A stretch of 64,000 nt of DNA from Acidimicrobiia bacterium (GTDB taxonomy: Bacteria > Actinomycetota > Acidimicrobiia > Spongiisociales > ZC4RG35). The position numbers and the translations under genes were made by a program. A model generated the notes under the pieces. It did not search any database. It had not been told where the DNA came from and was given only the letters and a program-made list of their open reading frames with translations. The DNA lies in the NCBI GenBank assembly GCA_041744795.1, contig JBGTKD010000192.1, positions 13,628 to 77,627 of the forward strand. The letters are read 5' to 3'. Position 1 is the stretch's first letter; each line of letters begins with the position of its first letter. Below are positions 48,001 to 56,001 of this stretch, in pieces.

Positions 48001-48686
48001 AGGCCTTCGTCATTGCGGCCGGTTCAGCCGGCATGGCGTTCGTGTATGCCTCGGCCGGAATCCACGAATCCCTCCCCCGGTTGCGAGAGGAGGCTCTCGC
48101 TGCGCAAGGACAGCCAATGGGTGAGTTCCTCGCCAACACCGTATGGACCGACTTGGGATGGGCGAATTTGGCATCCGGAGAATTCTCGGTGGCCGAGGCT
48201 GACTTCGCGGAAGGGCTGGCGACGTCGTCGGTGACGCAGTTCACCCACAGGGCCCGTCAGCTCCTGGGCCTGGCTCTGGCGTTGATCGCGTTAGGAAGGC
48301 TGGGTGAGGCAGCCGCCCCGCTCGCCGAGGCTCGGGATTTCATACTGGGTCGGGGGTTGGTGGTTGCAGAACCCCTGCTGTTCTGGGTGGAGAGCGAATA
48401 TCACGTCGCACACGGACGCTTAGAGGGAGCCAACGGGTCACTGGTTGCGGCCCACGAGACCGCCTTGAGTTTGGGCAGACGCTGTCTGCTCCTGCCGATT
48501 CTCGGCACTCGCGCTCGGCTGGCTCGCGCCACCGGCGACATGGCGGCCAGCACCCAACATCGGACTGCTGCCCTCGAACTCATAGACACGATCGTCGCGC
48601 CGATTGTCGATGAGGCATTGGCAGCGGGCCTTCGTTCACGCTGGACACGTGAACTCGATCGTGCCGAGGTCGGTTTCACCGTCTGA
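45030..48686 (+). CDS. multidomain signalling protein: double zinc ribbon + class III adenylate/guanylate cyclase + AAA/NB-ARC-like ATPase + TPR-like helical C-terminus
   Basis: 1218 aa. N-terminal CPNCG...CAQCG...CGVC...CTNCG (two Zn ribbons). Cyclase core RRTVTMLFADIKGSTAAAE...LQGDAVLAFFGAP...GIHTGLVVVGEVGS. Walker A SITADAGVGKSRL. Long helical repeat region. No LuxR-type HTH at the C-terminus. Confidence 0.85.
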   Translation: MDRSGTVCVIASPRSPGEEYISSGLEGSLLECPNCGHGNTRDAKFCAQCGTGLTVACGVCSAVGDPGAAFCTNCGAAFGAPASGENELARYLPQELLTKLESARAGRAMQGERRTVTMLFADIKGSTAAAEKLDPEDWAEIVNGAFEHLIAPVYHYEGTLARLQGDAVLAFFGAPIAHEDDPVRALRAGLEIIEAIGDYRHQIESRWGVSIEARVGIHTGLVVVGEVGSDLRVEYTALGDAINVAARMEQAAEPGTVFVTDHTRSLTGGAFEFESLGPVEVKGKAEPVIAHRVLRFIGDHDTASPTALIGRSNEMERLEALRAQLVAGSGWVASITADAGVGKSRLLREFRDSTEAAAILSVRYDQPGEVAWMTGAGRSYETATPFAAVSDLLNRWWGLVDADEPFERVESAIASIECTYPDGAALLSHIGGVALSGDAAAFVAALEAPVLHSKAAVAFTSYLEASARRRPVLIVLEDVHWADDLSLALFESIMELTERLPIGLIVAMRPYREDTSWHIHQVAERDHPHRYHQLALSPLTTDDGGALLDSLLAETEIPAETRQRILDRSAGNPLFLEEMVRTLSESGSATVPTSLATILTARLDRLDESTRYVVQMASVIGSEFDRATLAALLDRDTPDREIIDLQRRGIVVDAGRGMLAFRHVLMQEAAYETILRRTRRELHRMIADHYVTERPEEVQGISRHLTEAGDIEAAFPYLVEAGVRATRAMALGDAIRLLTEAIDNTPIGADPAVIVRAHDTLGAAHSLVPDLSKAAAVYQSLYDYGERTSEPAARVAALNRLAFATASLSGNFQDATDYLAQARELAEESGDDVGLAEYHMNSCFVAAMSGDLRGAVRHDESTVEAGERAGAPGIRLEGMMRRAVNYAALLELEQAEAAIESALDAAKDAGAQEEQAIIESFALGVVRYWRGDLRAALDLIERNHDSLSRYGSFYESINRVRAGEVFFDLGEPETALSRFAGARRVGEQNGQAFVIAAGSAGMAFVYASAGIHESLPRLREEALAAQGQPMGEFLANTVWTDLGWANLASGEFSVAEADFAEGLATSSVTQFTHRARQLLGLALALIALGRLGEAAAPLAEARDFILGRGLVVAEPLLFWVESEYHVAHGRLEGANGSLVAAHETALSLGRRCLLLPILGTRARLARATGDMAASTQHRTAALELIDTIVAPIVDEALAAGLRSRWTRELDRAEVGFTV

Positions 48687-48881
48687 ACCGGACCCTCAGC
48701 CCTGGCTGTCGATCACCTGTGCGTGGCTGATGGTGCCGATCGGACCGGTCCGGTCATAGACCGTGGTTGTCACCACGCCGTAGCGACTCGAACTACAGCA
48801 CTCGACGCTACCGGACGGGTCTCGGTGAGGCTCCACGACTCCCATTCGGCAGATGGACGGTCCGGTCTGTACATTCGCCGG

Positions 48882-50531
48882 ATGTCTCAAGCTCTCTCGA
48901 TCGCCGATGAGTATTTCCGACTGGCCAAGGCCAACGATCATCTCACCGGGATGTGGAAAGGCGATGTCGAGTACCTCGAAAGCTGGCAGGACCTCAGCGA
49001 GGAGGGTCTGGCTGCCTACCGGTCGGCGCTGACCGACATCGCTGAACGGGCGGACGCTGCTCGCGAGGGGGCAGACGCTGCTGACTCGATCACCCTCTCC
49101 ACCGTCGCCTGGCACGCACGCAACGCCGCCTACGACACCGAGGCCCTTGGCACGCTCGCCGTTCACAATCCGGTCGTCGGGGTCTATTCGCTGCTGGCCG
49201 CCTTTCTACCCCGATACTCGCTCGTGACCCGGGACCACGGTCGCCGCTATCTGGAAAAGCTGTCCGGTTTGCCGGTGATGATCGACCAAATGATCGATGG
49301 CCTAACCGTCGGCCGAGAGACAGGCTGGCTCCCCAACGACCTGCATATTCAGATGATGATCGATGTGCTCGACAGGGTTCTCGCTACTGAACCGGCCGAT
49401 GATCCGCTCGCAGGTCAGCCCGCACCCAAGGAGTGGTCAGAATCCGGATGGGATGATCTCGTCGTCGCCGCTATTCGGGACCATGTCAAGCCCGCCCTGC
49501 GCCGCTACCGCGCTGCGCTCGAGACGGTCGCTCTTGCCTTCTCCCGCTCGGTCGACACTCCCGGACTTTGTCATCTAGATGGGGGCGTCGAGTTGTATCG
49601 AAGGCTCATAACCGGCTTCACCACCACCAACATCACTCCCGAGGAGGTCCATGAGCGGGGTATCGAACAGGTCGCCCGCCTCGACGAGGAGTATCGAGAG
49701 CTGGGTGGGGCGGCGTTCGGACTGACCGAACTGTCGGAGATCTACAGCCGGCTGCGGGACGACGAATCTCTCCACTATCACGATGTCGACACCCTCATCG
49801 CCGATGCGACCGAGATGTTCCACCGGGCCCAGGCCGAGGCTCCCAAGTGGTTCCGTCGAGTGCCCGAAGCGGATTGCGAGATACGGCCTATCACCGCCGG
49901 AGCCATGGCCTTCTATTCGGAACCCAACCCCCAGACAGGTAAGCGCGCCGCCTTTTACTTCAACGTAGAGGACCCTTCACTGTGGGGTCCGCAACTCGCC
50001 AGCACCACATTCCACGAGGGTATCCCCGGTCATCACTTCGACCTGGCGCGTTCGGTCGAGAACCCTGACCTCCACGACGTTCACAGAGAGTTCTACATCG
50101 CGGCTTTTAACGAGGGCTGGGCGCTCTACTCGGAGCGTCTATCAGACGAGATGGGGCTATTCCGCAACGACATCGAACGGCTGGGGATGCTGGCCGCGGA
50201 TTCGCTGCGGGCCTGCCGGCTGGTGGTCGACACTGGGATGCATTTGCACGGATGGTCAAGGGACCGGGCCATCACCTACATGCTCGAGAACAGTCCTCTC
50301 CCGAAGGGTGAGATCGAAGCGGAAATCGACCGTTATATCGGCAACCCCGGCCAGGCCGTCGCATACATGATCGGCCGGTTGGAGATCCAAGAAGCTCGGC
50401 GTGACGCCGAAGAACGCCTCGGGGAACGTTTCGAGATCGCCGACTTCCATGAAGCCGTTCTGGCTCACGGAACCGTGCCGCTCGAGATGATGCGGGCTTC
50501 GGTGGAGGCATGGGTGGCCTCGGTCGAGTGA
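48882..50531 (+). CDS. DUF885-family protein (putative metallopeptidase-like)
   Basis: ATG 48882 (MSQALSIADEYFRLAKA...). The C-terminal HEGIPGHHFDLARS motif is characteristic of DUF885. ~549 aa. Confidence 0.7.
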   Translation: MSQALSIADEYFRLAKANDHLTGMWKGDVEYLESWQDLSEEGLAAYRSALTDIAERADAAREGADAADSITLSTVAWHARNAAYDTEALGTLAVHNPVVGVYSLLAAFLPRYSLVTRDHGRRYLEKLSGLPVMIDQMIDGLTVGRETGWLPNDLHIQMMIDVLDRVLATEPADDPLAGQPAPKEWSESGWDDLVVAAIRDHVKPALRRYRAALETVALAFSRSVDTPGLCHLDGGVELYRRLITGFTTTNITPEEVHERGIEQVARLDEEYRELGGAAFGLTELSEIYSRLRDDESLHYHDVDTLIADATEMFHRAQAEAPKWFRRVPEADCEIRPITAGAMAFYSEPNPQTGKRAAFYFNVEDPSLWGPQLASTTFHEGIPGHHFDLARSVENPDLHDVHREFYIAAFNEGWALYSERLSDEMGLFRNDIERLGMLAADSLRACRLVVDTGMHLHGWSRDRAITYMLENSPLPKGEIEAEIDRYIGNPGQAVAYMIGRLEIQEARRDAEERLGERFEIADFHEAVLAHGTVPLEMMRASVEAWVASVE

Positions 50532-51754
50532 GCACCGAAACTCGGCTGAGAGGGATACGGCTCGGCTCGACAGAGTTCACATGGTTCCTCGCCGCCACCA
50601 TGTCGATGGCCGCTCTCGGCGTCGATGTGATGTTGCCTGCCTTTGGAGCGATCCGCGAGGGATTCGGACTTGCGCCGGACTCGACAGAAGTTGCGCGACT
50701 CGTCACCGCTTACTTCATGGGCTTGGCGGTGGGTCAGGTCTTCTACGGTCCTATCGCGGACTATTTCGGACGGAAACGGACGCTCGCTTTGGCAGGGGTC
50801 CTATACGGAATCGGTGCCGTGGCTTCGGCGCTGTCGCCGACCATCGGGGTCCTCTTGGCGGCTCGCTTTTTCTGGGGTTTGGGCGCGGCAGGTTCTCGGG
50901 TCATCGTCGGGGCGATCGTGCGGGACGTCTACGAAGGCGACCAGATGGCCAAAGCCCTGTCGTTGGTCTTCTCGATCTTCATTCTCGTGCCTGTCATAGC
51001 GCCGGCTCTTGGCGCTCTCATATTGAGAGTCACCTCATGGCAAATGATCTTCGGGTTCTGTGCTTTCTGGGCGGTGGGCGTACTCGCCTGGTCCCGTCGC
51101 CTGCCAGAGACGTTGGCACCCGAGAAGCGGCTGGCCGACCTGACGTTCGCCCGTCTCAAAGTGGCTGCCCGTTTCGTAGTCACGAACAGGATCACGTTTG
51201 GCTACACCGCTGCGCTGGCGGTTCTCTTCGGGGCGTTTACCTCGTACCTGGCCAGCTCGGAGATCATGTTCAGTGAGATCTTCGGGGTCGTCGAGGCGTT
51301 CCCCTACTTCTTTGGCGGGTTGGCGGCGGTGATGGGTGTGGCAATGTTCGTCAACGGGCGCATCGTTGTCAGGGTCGGGATGGTCAGACTGACGCGGCTG
51401 ACGATGAGGGCTTACATCGCTGCGTCGGCGGTCTTCATGGTGTGGATCTTGATGGAGGATGGACGTCCGCCACTGTGGGGATTCGTCGGGGGCATGGCAG
51501 TGATCTTGGCCATTCATGCGCTGCTCATCCCGAACTTGAACAGCCGGGCGCTGGAGCCGATGGGCTCTGTGGCGGGAATGGCTGCGGCAATAGTCGGTAC
51601 GGTTTCGACGCTGATCGGCGCACTGTTGGGAGCGGTGCTCGACGCCCGCTTCGACGGCACTCTGCGACCCTTCGCAATTGCCCTGTTCGCGGCAGCCGTG
51701 ATCGCTTCGTTCATCGTCCACCAGGCCGAAGCCGGCGCTCGAAACCAGGTGTAG
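50510..51754 (+). CDS. MFS transporter, Bcr/CflA-type drug efflux
   Basis: 12 TM. Loop 2-3 GPIADYFGRKRTL (MFS motif A) and loop GLAVGQVFYGPIADYFGRK, as in Bcr/CflA. Confidence 0.8.
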   Translation: MGGLGRVSTETRLRGIRLGSTEFTWFLAATMSMAALGVDVMLPAFGAIREGFGLAPDSTEVARLVTAYFMGLAVGQVFYGPIADYFGRKRTLALAGVLYGIGAVASALSPTIGVLLAARFFWGLGAAGSRVIVGAIVRDVYEGDQMAKALSLVFSIFILVPVIAPALGALILRVTSWQMIFGFCAFWAVGVLAWSRRLPETLAPEKRLADLTFARLKVAARFVVTNRITFGYTAALAVLFGAFTSYLASSEIMFSEIFGVVEAFPYFFGGLAAVMGVAMFVNGRIVVRVGMVRLTRLTMRAYIAASAVFMVWILMEDGRPPLWGFVGGMAVILAIHALLIPNLNSRALEPMGSVAGMAAAIVGTVSTLIGALLGAVLDARFDGTLRPFAIALFAAAVIASFIVHQAEAGARNQV

Positions 51755-51762
51755 GGCCCGCC

Positions 51763-52686
51763 TCAGGCCGAGTGCACCAGACCAACTACGTCGGACATCG
51801 CTTCGGTGGCAGCCGCCAGCTTGGAGGGGTGGTCTGCCAGGACCTCGATGCGGACCGCTTCAATGTCGAGGTCAGCGAGTTGGAGGATCGGCTCGGCCAT
51901 CTCTTCAGCCGATCCGCTCCGGACGTACTCTGGACGGTCGTTCATTCCGAGCGGGTCGAATGAGTACAAGTCGATGGACCGCTCGATACTCGACGGGTCC
52001 CTGCCTGCTTCCTCACACGCTCGGTTCAGCTGTTCGAGGATCGGCGGCAGGTGGTCTGGGGTCCCGCCGGTATCGGCCCACCAGTTCCAGCCGTCGGCCA
52101 GTCGAGCGGTCAGGGCGACCATCTTCGTCCCGCCTGCCGCCACGACGATCGGTGGACCTTGTGGGCGAGGACCGCGGGGACTCCACCAGTCGGCATGGGC
52201 ATGTTCGAACTGTCCGTCGAAGTCCACAGTTCCGGTCCGGAGGAGAGCCGTTATCACCTCGAGACCTTCCGCGAAGCGGGAGAAGCGGGGATCGGCATCC
52301 ATATCGAACATCCGGTAGTCGTCTGGGGTGTTGCCCGCTCCGATGCCGAGGGTGTAGCGCCCGCCGCTGATCTCGTCGAGGGTGTCGGCGGCGCGGGCTA
52401 CTACCGCAGGCTCGCGGTAGGGGGCGTTGACCACGGAGTGGGCGATGCCGATGGTGGTGGTCGAGGCGGCCAGCGCCCCGGCGAGGGTCATGGCCTCCCA
52501 GTATCCCCGACCGTGGTCTGTCACAGCGTCGGCGAGAGTCACGAGGTCGAAGCCCGTTCGCTCTGCCGCGAGTGTCTGGGCCCGCATGTGCTCCCAACTG
52601 GGGATGATGCCGCGACTCCCGCTCTCTTCGATCATCCTCAACGCCAGCCCGATCCGCATCCGATCTCCTTCCGACGGCGCCTTCAA
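51763..52686 (-). CDS. LLM-class (luciferase-like) flavin/F420-dependent oxidoreductase
   Basis: TIM-barrel LLM pattern (MRIGLAL... GRYTLGIGAGN); 307 aa. Confidence 0.8.
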   Translation of the reverse strand: MKAPSEGDRMRIGLALRMIEESGSRGIIPSWEHMRAQTLAAERTGFDLVTLADAVTDHGRGYWEAMTLAGALAASTTTIGIAHSVVNAPYREPAVVARAADTLDEISGGRYTLGIGAGNTPDDYRMFDMDADPRFSRFAEGLEVITALLRTGTVDFDGQFEHAHADWWSPRGPRPQGPPIVVAAGGTKMVALTARLADGWNWWADTGGTPDHLPPILEQLNRACEEAGRDPSSIERSIDLYSFDPLGMNDRPEYVRSGSAEEMAEPILQLADLDIEAVRIEVLADHPSKLAAATEAMSDVVGLVHSA

Positions 52687-52722
52687 CCTAGACGTCGACC
52701 AGGTTTCTTGTCAGGGATGCCG

Positions 52723-53757
52723 TCAGCTCGCAAACGTGGCCTTTATGAGGCCGTGGTGGCGGGCGGCGAAGGCTCGATAGAGGCCGGGCCCATCGGTGAA
52801 TGGCCGTCCGGGGTGGGTCACGATGGTGTCAGTCGGGACTTCTAGCTCACCGCTCACGATCCGATTGAGGATCAGGGCGAGGACGCTTCTGACCGGTGCC
52901 CGACCGGCGCGGATTGTCAGGTTCTTGTCGTAGGCCGTGATCGGGTCGATCCCGAAGTGTTCTGCGGTCTGCACGGCGATGATCGAGATTGTTGCTCCAG
53001 GGGCGGCGATCTCTGCTGCGAGACGCTGGGCTGAGGCCGGCCCCGCCGCCTCGACCACGGCAGTCACACCACCGGCGGCTTGTTTGGGGGAGACCGCTGT
53101 GACCTTCGGACTGATGGACGCCGCGGCCTCTCGTCGTTCCTCCACCGGGTCTATCGCAAGGACGGCCTCCGCTCCGGTGGCTACGGAAATGGACACCGCG
53201 CACAGCCCGACGGCGCCGAGGCCGATGACAGCCATCGGCCCGTCGGTCCAATCGGTTTGGGCTACCGCATGCCAGGCGGTCGGATAGTTGTCGGTCAGAA
53301 GCAGGGCTGTCGTGTCGTCGATCGTCTGCGGGATCGGGACGAGTGTTCCGTTCGCCAGGGGAACCCGGATCTTGGCGGCCTGGCCACCGTGCAATGGAGG
53401 AGAGTCGCTGGACGGGTCGGCCCAGCCGAAGAGGGCGCTGGAGTCGCATCGAGAAGACAGTCCCCGTAGGCAGTTGCCGCAGTGACCGCAGGACACGCTG
53501 AACGGAACGATCACCCGGTCGCCCGGCCGCACCGACGAAACGTCGGAGCCGATGTCGGAGACCACGCCCACCGCCTCGTGGCCGGGAATCACACCCGTCC
53601 GACAAGCCTCCCTGCCCTCGTAGGTGTGCAGGTCGGAACCGCACAGCCCGGCGGCCGTCACGTCCACGATGGCGTCGGAAGCGAAGAGAATCTTGGGTGC
53701 AGGCAGGTCCTCGGTGAACCGGATATCGCCGGGACCGTCGAAGACCAGGCCCCTCAT
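52723..53757 (-). CDS. zinc-dependent alcohol dehydrogenase (MDR family)
   Basis: Catalytic Zn motif GHEAVGVV, structural Zn Cys cluster CGHCGNCLRGLSSRC, and Rossmann GLGAVGL. Confidence 0.85.
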   Translation of the reverse strand: MRGLVFDGPGDIRFTEDLPAPKILFASDAIVDVTAAGLCGSDLHTYEGREACRTGVIPGHEAVGVVSDIGSDVSSVRPGDRVIVPFSVSCGHCGNCLRGLSSRCDSSALFGWADPSSDSPPLHGGQAAKIRVPLANGTLVPIPQTIDDTTALLLTDNYPTAWHAVAQTDWTDGPMAVIGLGAVGLCAVSISVATGAEAVLAIDPVEERREAAASISPKVTAVSPKQAAGGVTAVVEAAGPASAQRLAAEIAAPGATISIIAVQTAEHFGIDPITAYDKNLTIRAGRAPVRSVLALILNRIVSGELEVPTDTIVTHPGRPFTDGPGLYRAFAARHHGLIKATFAS

Positions 53758-53759
53758 TG

Positions 53760-54173
53760 TCAGTTCCAGCTGCCGTTCCCGCCGATTCGCTCTACCGAGA
53801 TACGGATGACGAACCCGTCGGGAGCTTTGGCGGGGACGAAGTCGACCTCCGGCCCGAGGTATACGGCGGCCAGTTGGCGGAGAAGATCCGCTCCGCCGCC
53901 TTCGGTGACGCGGGCTCTTCCGTGGATGACCAGGTAAGGCTCCATTCCGGTCGGCCCAGGGCGACCGGTTCCGATCGAAAGAGCAACGCGAGGATCTCGT
54001 CGAATGTTGACGAGCTTTCGCTGTTTAGAGCTGAGGTGGGCCGAGACGATCTCGTTGTCCTCGACGCCAACCCAGATTCCTGTCACCTGGGGACTGCCAT
54101 CCGGCTCGAGCGTCACCAGGTGGGCGAGGCGGCCGTCCTTGATGAGCGACTCGACCGCTGCGGGAATGTTCAT
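53760..54173 (-). CDS. PPOX-class F420/FMN-binding split-barrel protein
   Basis: 137 aa. The pyridoxamine-5'-phosphate-oxidase-like split β-barrel pattern (AHLVTLEPDGSPQVTGIWV) is typical of F420-dependent PPOX-class enzymes. Confidence 0.65.
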   Translation of the reverse strand: MNIPAAVESLIKDGRLAHLVTLEPDGSPQVTGIWVGVEDNEIVSAHLSSKQRKLVNIRRDPRVALSIGTGRPGPTGMEPYLVIHGRARVTEGGGADLLRQLAAVYLGPEVDFVPAKAPDGFVIRISVERIGGNGSWN

Positions 54174-54204
54174 TTGATGCTCCTGGATCCGGCTCTCCCC
54201 GAAC

Positions 54205-56001
54205 CTACACGTGGGTCTCGGACGTGCCGCGCTGCCAGGACTCGTGGAGCTTGGCGTAGACGCTTCCGTTCCTGACCAGTGTGGCGTGATTGCCGTCTTC
54301 GATGAGCCGGCCCTCGTCGAAGACGAGGATCCTGTCGGCGGCTTCAGCGGTGGACAAGCGATGGGCGATCGTGACGACGGTCCGCCCGGAGGTCAGCTGA
54401 TTTAGCGCACGGCTGATCCGCACCTCCGTGGCCGGGTCAACCGCCGAGGTTGCCTCGTCCAAGACCAGCAACTCGGGGTCGGCGATCGCCGCCCGCACCA
54501 GAGTCACCAACTGGCGTTCCCCGACAGACAGCGACCCACCTCGCTCACCGACCTGGGTAGCGAGACCCTTGTCCATCTCCGCCAGCCAGTCGTCCAACCC
54601 GAGACGACGGAACGCCGAGAGGATCTCGTCTTCGCTCGCCTCCGGCCGCCCCATTCTCACGTTGTCCGCGATCGTTCCCCGGAAGAGCATCCCGTCCTGG
54701 GGCACCATCACCACCCGGTCCCGGAGCGACCGGAACCTGACGAGGCGCAGATCGATACCGCCCACCAGGACACGGCCGTCGGACGGATCCATCAGCCGGG
54801 TCAACAACTTGGCAAAGGTTGTCTTTCCCGAACCCGTCTCGCCCACGATTGCTACCCGGGTGTTGGCCGCGATGGAGGTGGTCACGTCGAGGAGAGCGGT
54901 GGTGCCAGTGGCGTCGGCTGCCACCTCTCCCGATCTCGGGTATCGAAAGTTCACTTGATAGAAGTCGACGTCGAGCGGCCGGTTAGGAAGGTCGACACCG
55001 GTCTCACCGGGGTCCGCCACGTCGGGAGCGATCTCGAGCACGTCCAGCACTCGTCGCCAACCGGCGACTGCGGTCTGGGCCTCGTTGACCGCCTCGCCCA
55101 GCATCTGCACCGGCTGAACGAAGAGCTGGATGAGGAACAAGAAAGCCACAACCGTGCCGATCGAGACCGTCCCAGCCACCGCCATGATCACGCCAACGAC
55201 CAGTGTGGCGGCCAGCACGATGGCCGACAGCAGCTCGCCTGTTCCCGAGAACGCCGACGACAGCACCCCCGCTTTGATCGCCGATGCCCGGTGGTCTTCG
55301 ATGACAACCTCGAGACGTTGACGGGTGTGGTCCTCGATTCCGTAAGCCCTGATCACGGGTGCGCCCACGACGACTTCGGCCAGGGTCCCGAGCAGGCGGG
55401 CCACTTTGTCCCGGACTATCAAATACGCCGTGTCGAGCCGGGTCTGGAACCAACGCATCGTGTAGGCGATGAGCGGAATAACCAGCGCGACGACCAGTCC
55501 AAGTTGCCACGAGTAGATCAGCATGGCCGTGAGCGCCAATATCGCCTGGAAGGTGTTGATCATCAGCATCAGGCCGGCGAACTGCATGAAACGGCTGATC
55601 TGGTCCACGTCCGAGGTCACCCGGGACACCAGGGAGCCCCGGTGCTCCGATGCCTGGTGCAGCATCGACAGATCATGGATGTGACGAAAGGCCTGGATGC
55701 GGAGACCCGAGAGGGCCGTCTCGCTGACCTCTGCCAGACGGATGTGCATGAGTGCCGTGCACCCGGCTGTTATTGCAACTGCCACCAGGGCCACAACCGT
55801 CATCTGGACCACGAACGTCAGGTCGGTTCCTCCCGCGGTCAAGCCCCGATCGAGCACCTGTTGGATGGCTACGGGGACGATGATCCGTCCGGCCGTGGCC
55901 ACGAAACCCAGCAGGAGGGTGACGGGGAGGCCGATCCTCAGGACAGGGGAAAGTTCGATCCCGCGCTTGACCGTCTGGAGAGCACCCCGCCGCTCTGTCA
56001 C
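54205..56001 (-). CDS. ABC transporter ATP-binding/permease fusion (exporter half-transporter)
   Basis: N-terminal 6-TM domain plus C-terminal NBD (GETGSGKTT, LSVGERQ, LVLDEATSAVD). Confidence 0.9.
   Translation of the reverse strand: MTERRGALQTVKRGIELSPVLRIGLPVTLLLGFVATAGRIIVPVAIQQVLDRGLTAGGTDLTFVVQMTVVALVAVAITAGCTALMHIRLAEVSETALSGLRIQAFRHIHDLSMLHQASEHRGSLVSRVTSDVDQISRFMQFAGLMLMINTFQAILALTAMLIYSWQLGLVVALVIPLIAYTMRWFQTRLDTAYLIVRDKVARLLGTLAEVVVGAPVIRAYGIEDHTRQRLEVVIEDHRASAIKAGVLSSAFSGTGELLSAIVLAATLVVGVIMAVAGTVSIGTVVAFLFLIQLFVQPVQMLGEAVNEAQTAVAGWRRVLDVLEIAPDVADPGETGVDLPNRPLDVDFYQVNFRYPRSGEVAADATGTTALLDVTTSIAANTRVAIVGETGSGKTTFAKLLTRLMDPSDGRVLVGGIDLRLVRFRSLRDRVVMVPQDGMLFRGTIADNVRMGRPEASEDEILSAFRRLGLDDWLAEMDKGLATQVGERGGSLSVGERQLVTLVRAAIADPELLVLDEATSAVDPATEVRISRALNQLTSGRTVVTIAHRLSTAEAADRILVFDEGRLIEDGNHATLVRNGSVYAKLHESWQRGTSETHV

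Noticed and set aside
52847-53644. 265-aa minus-strand ORF inside the Zn-ADH gene
   Set aside because: Alternative frame of the same strand with Arg-rich composition. The ADH frame carries the zinc motifs.
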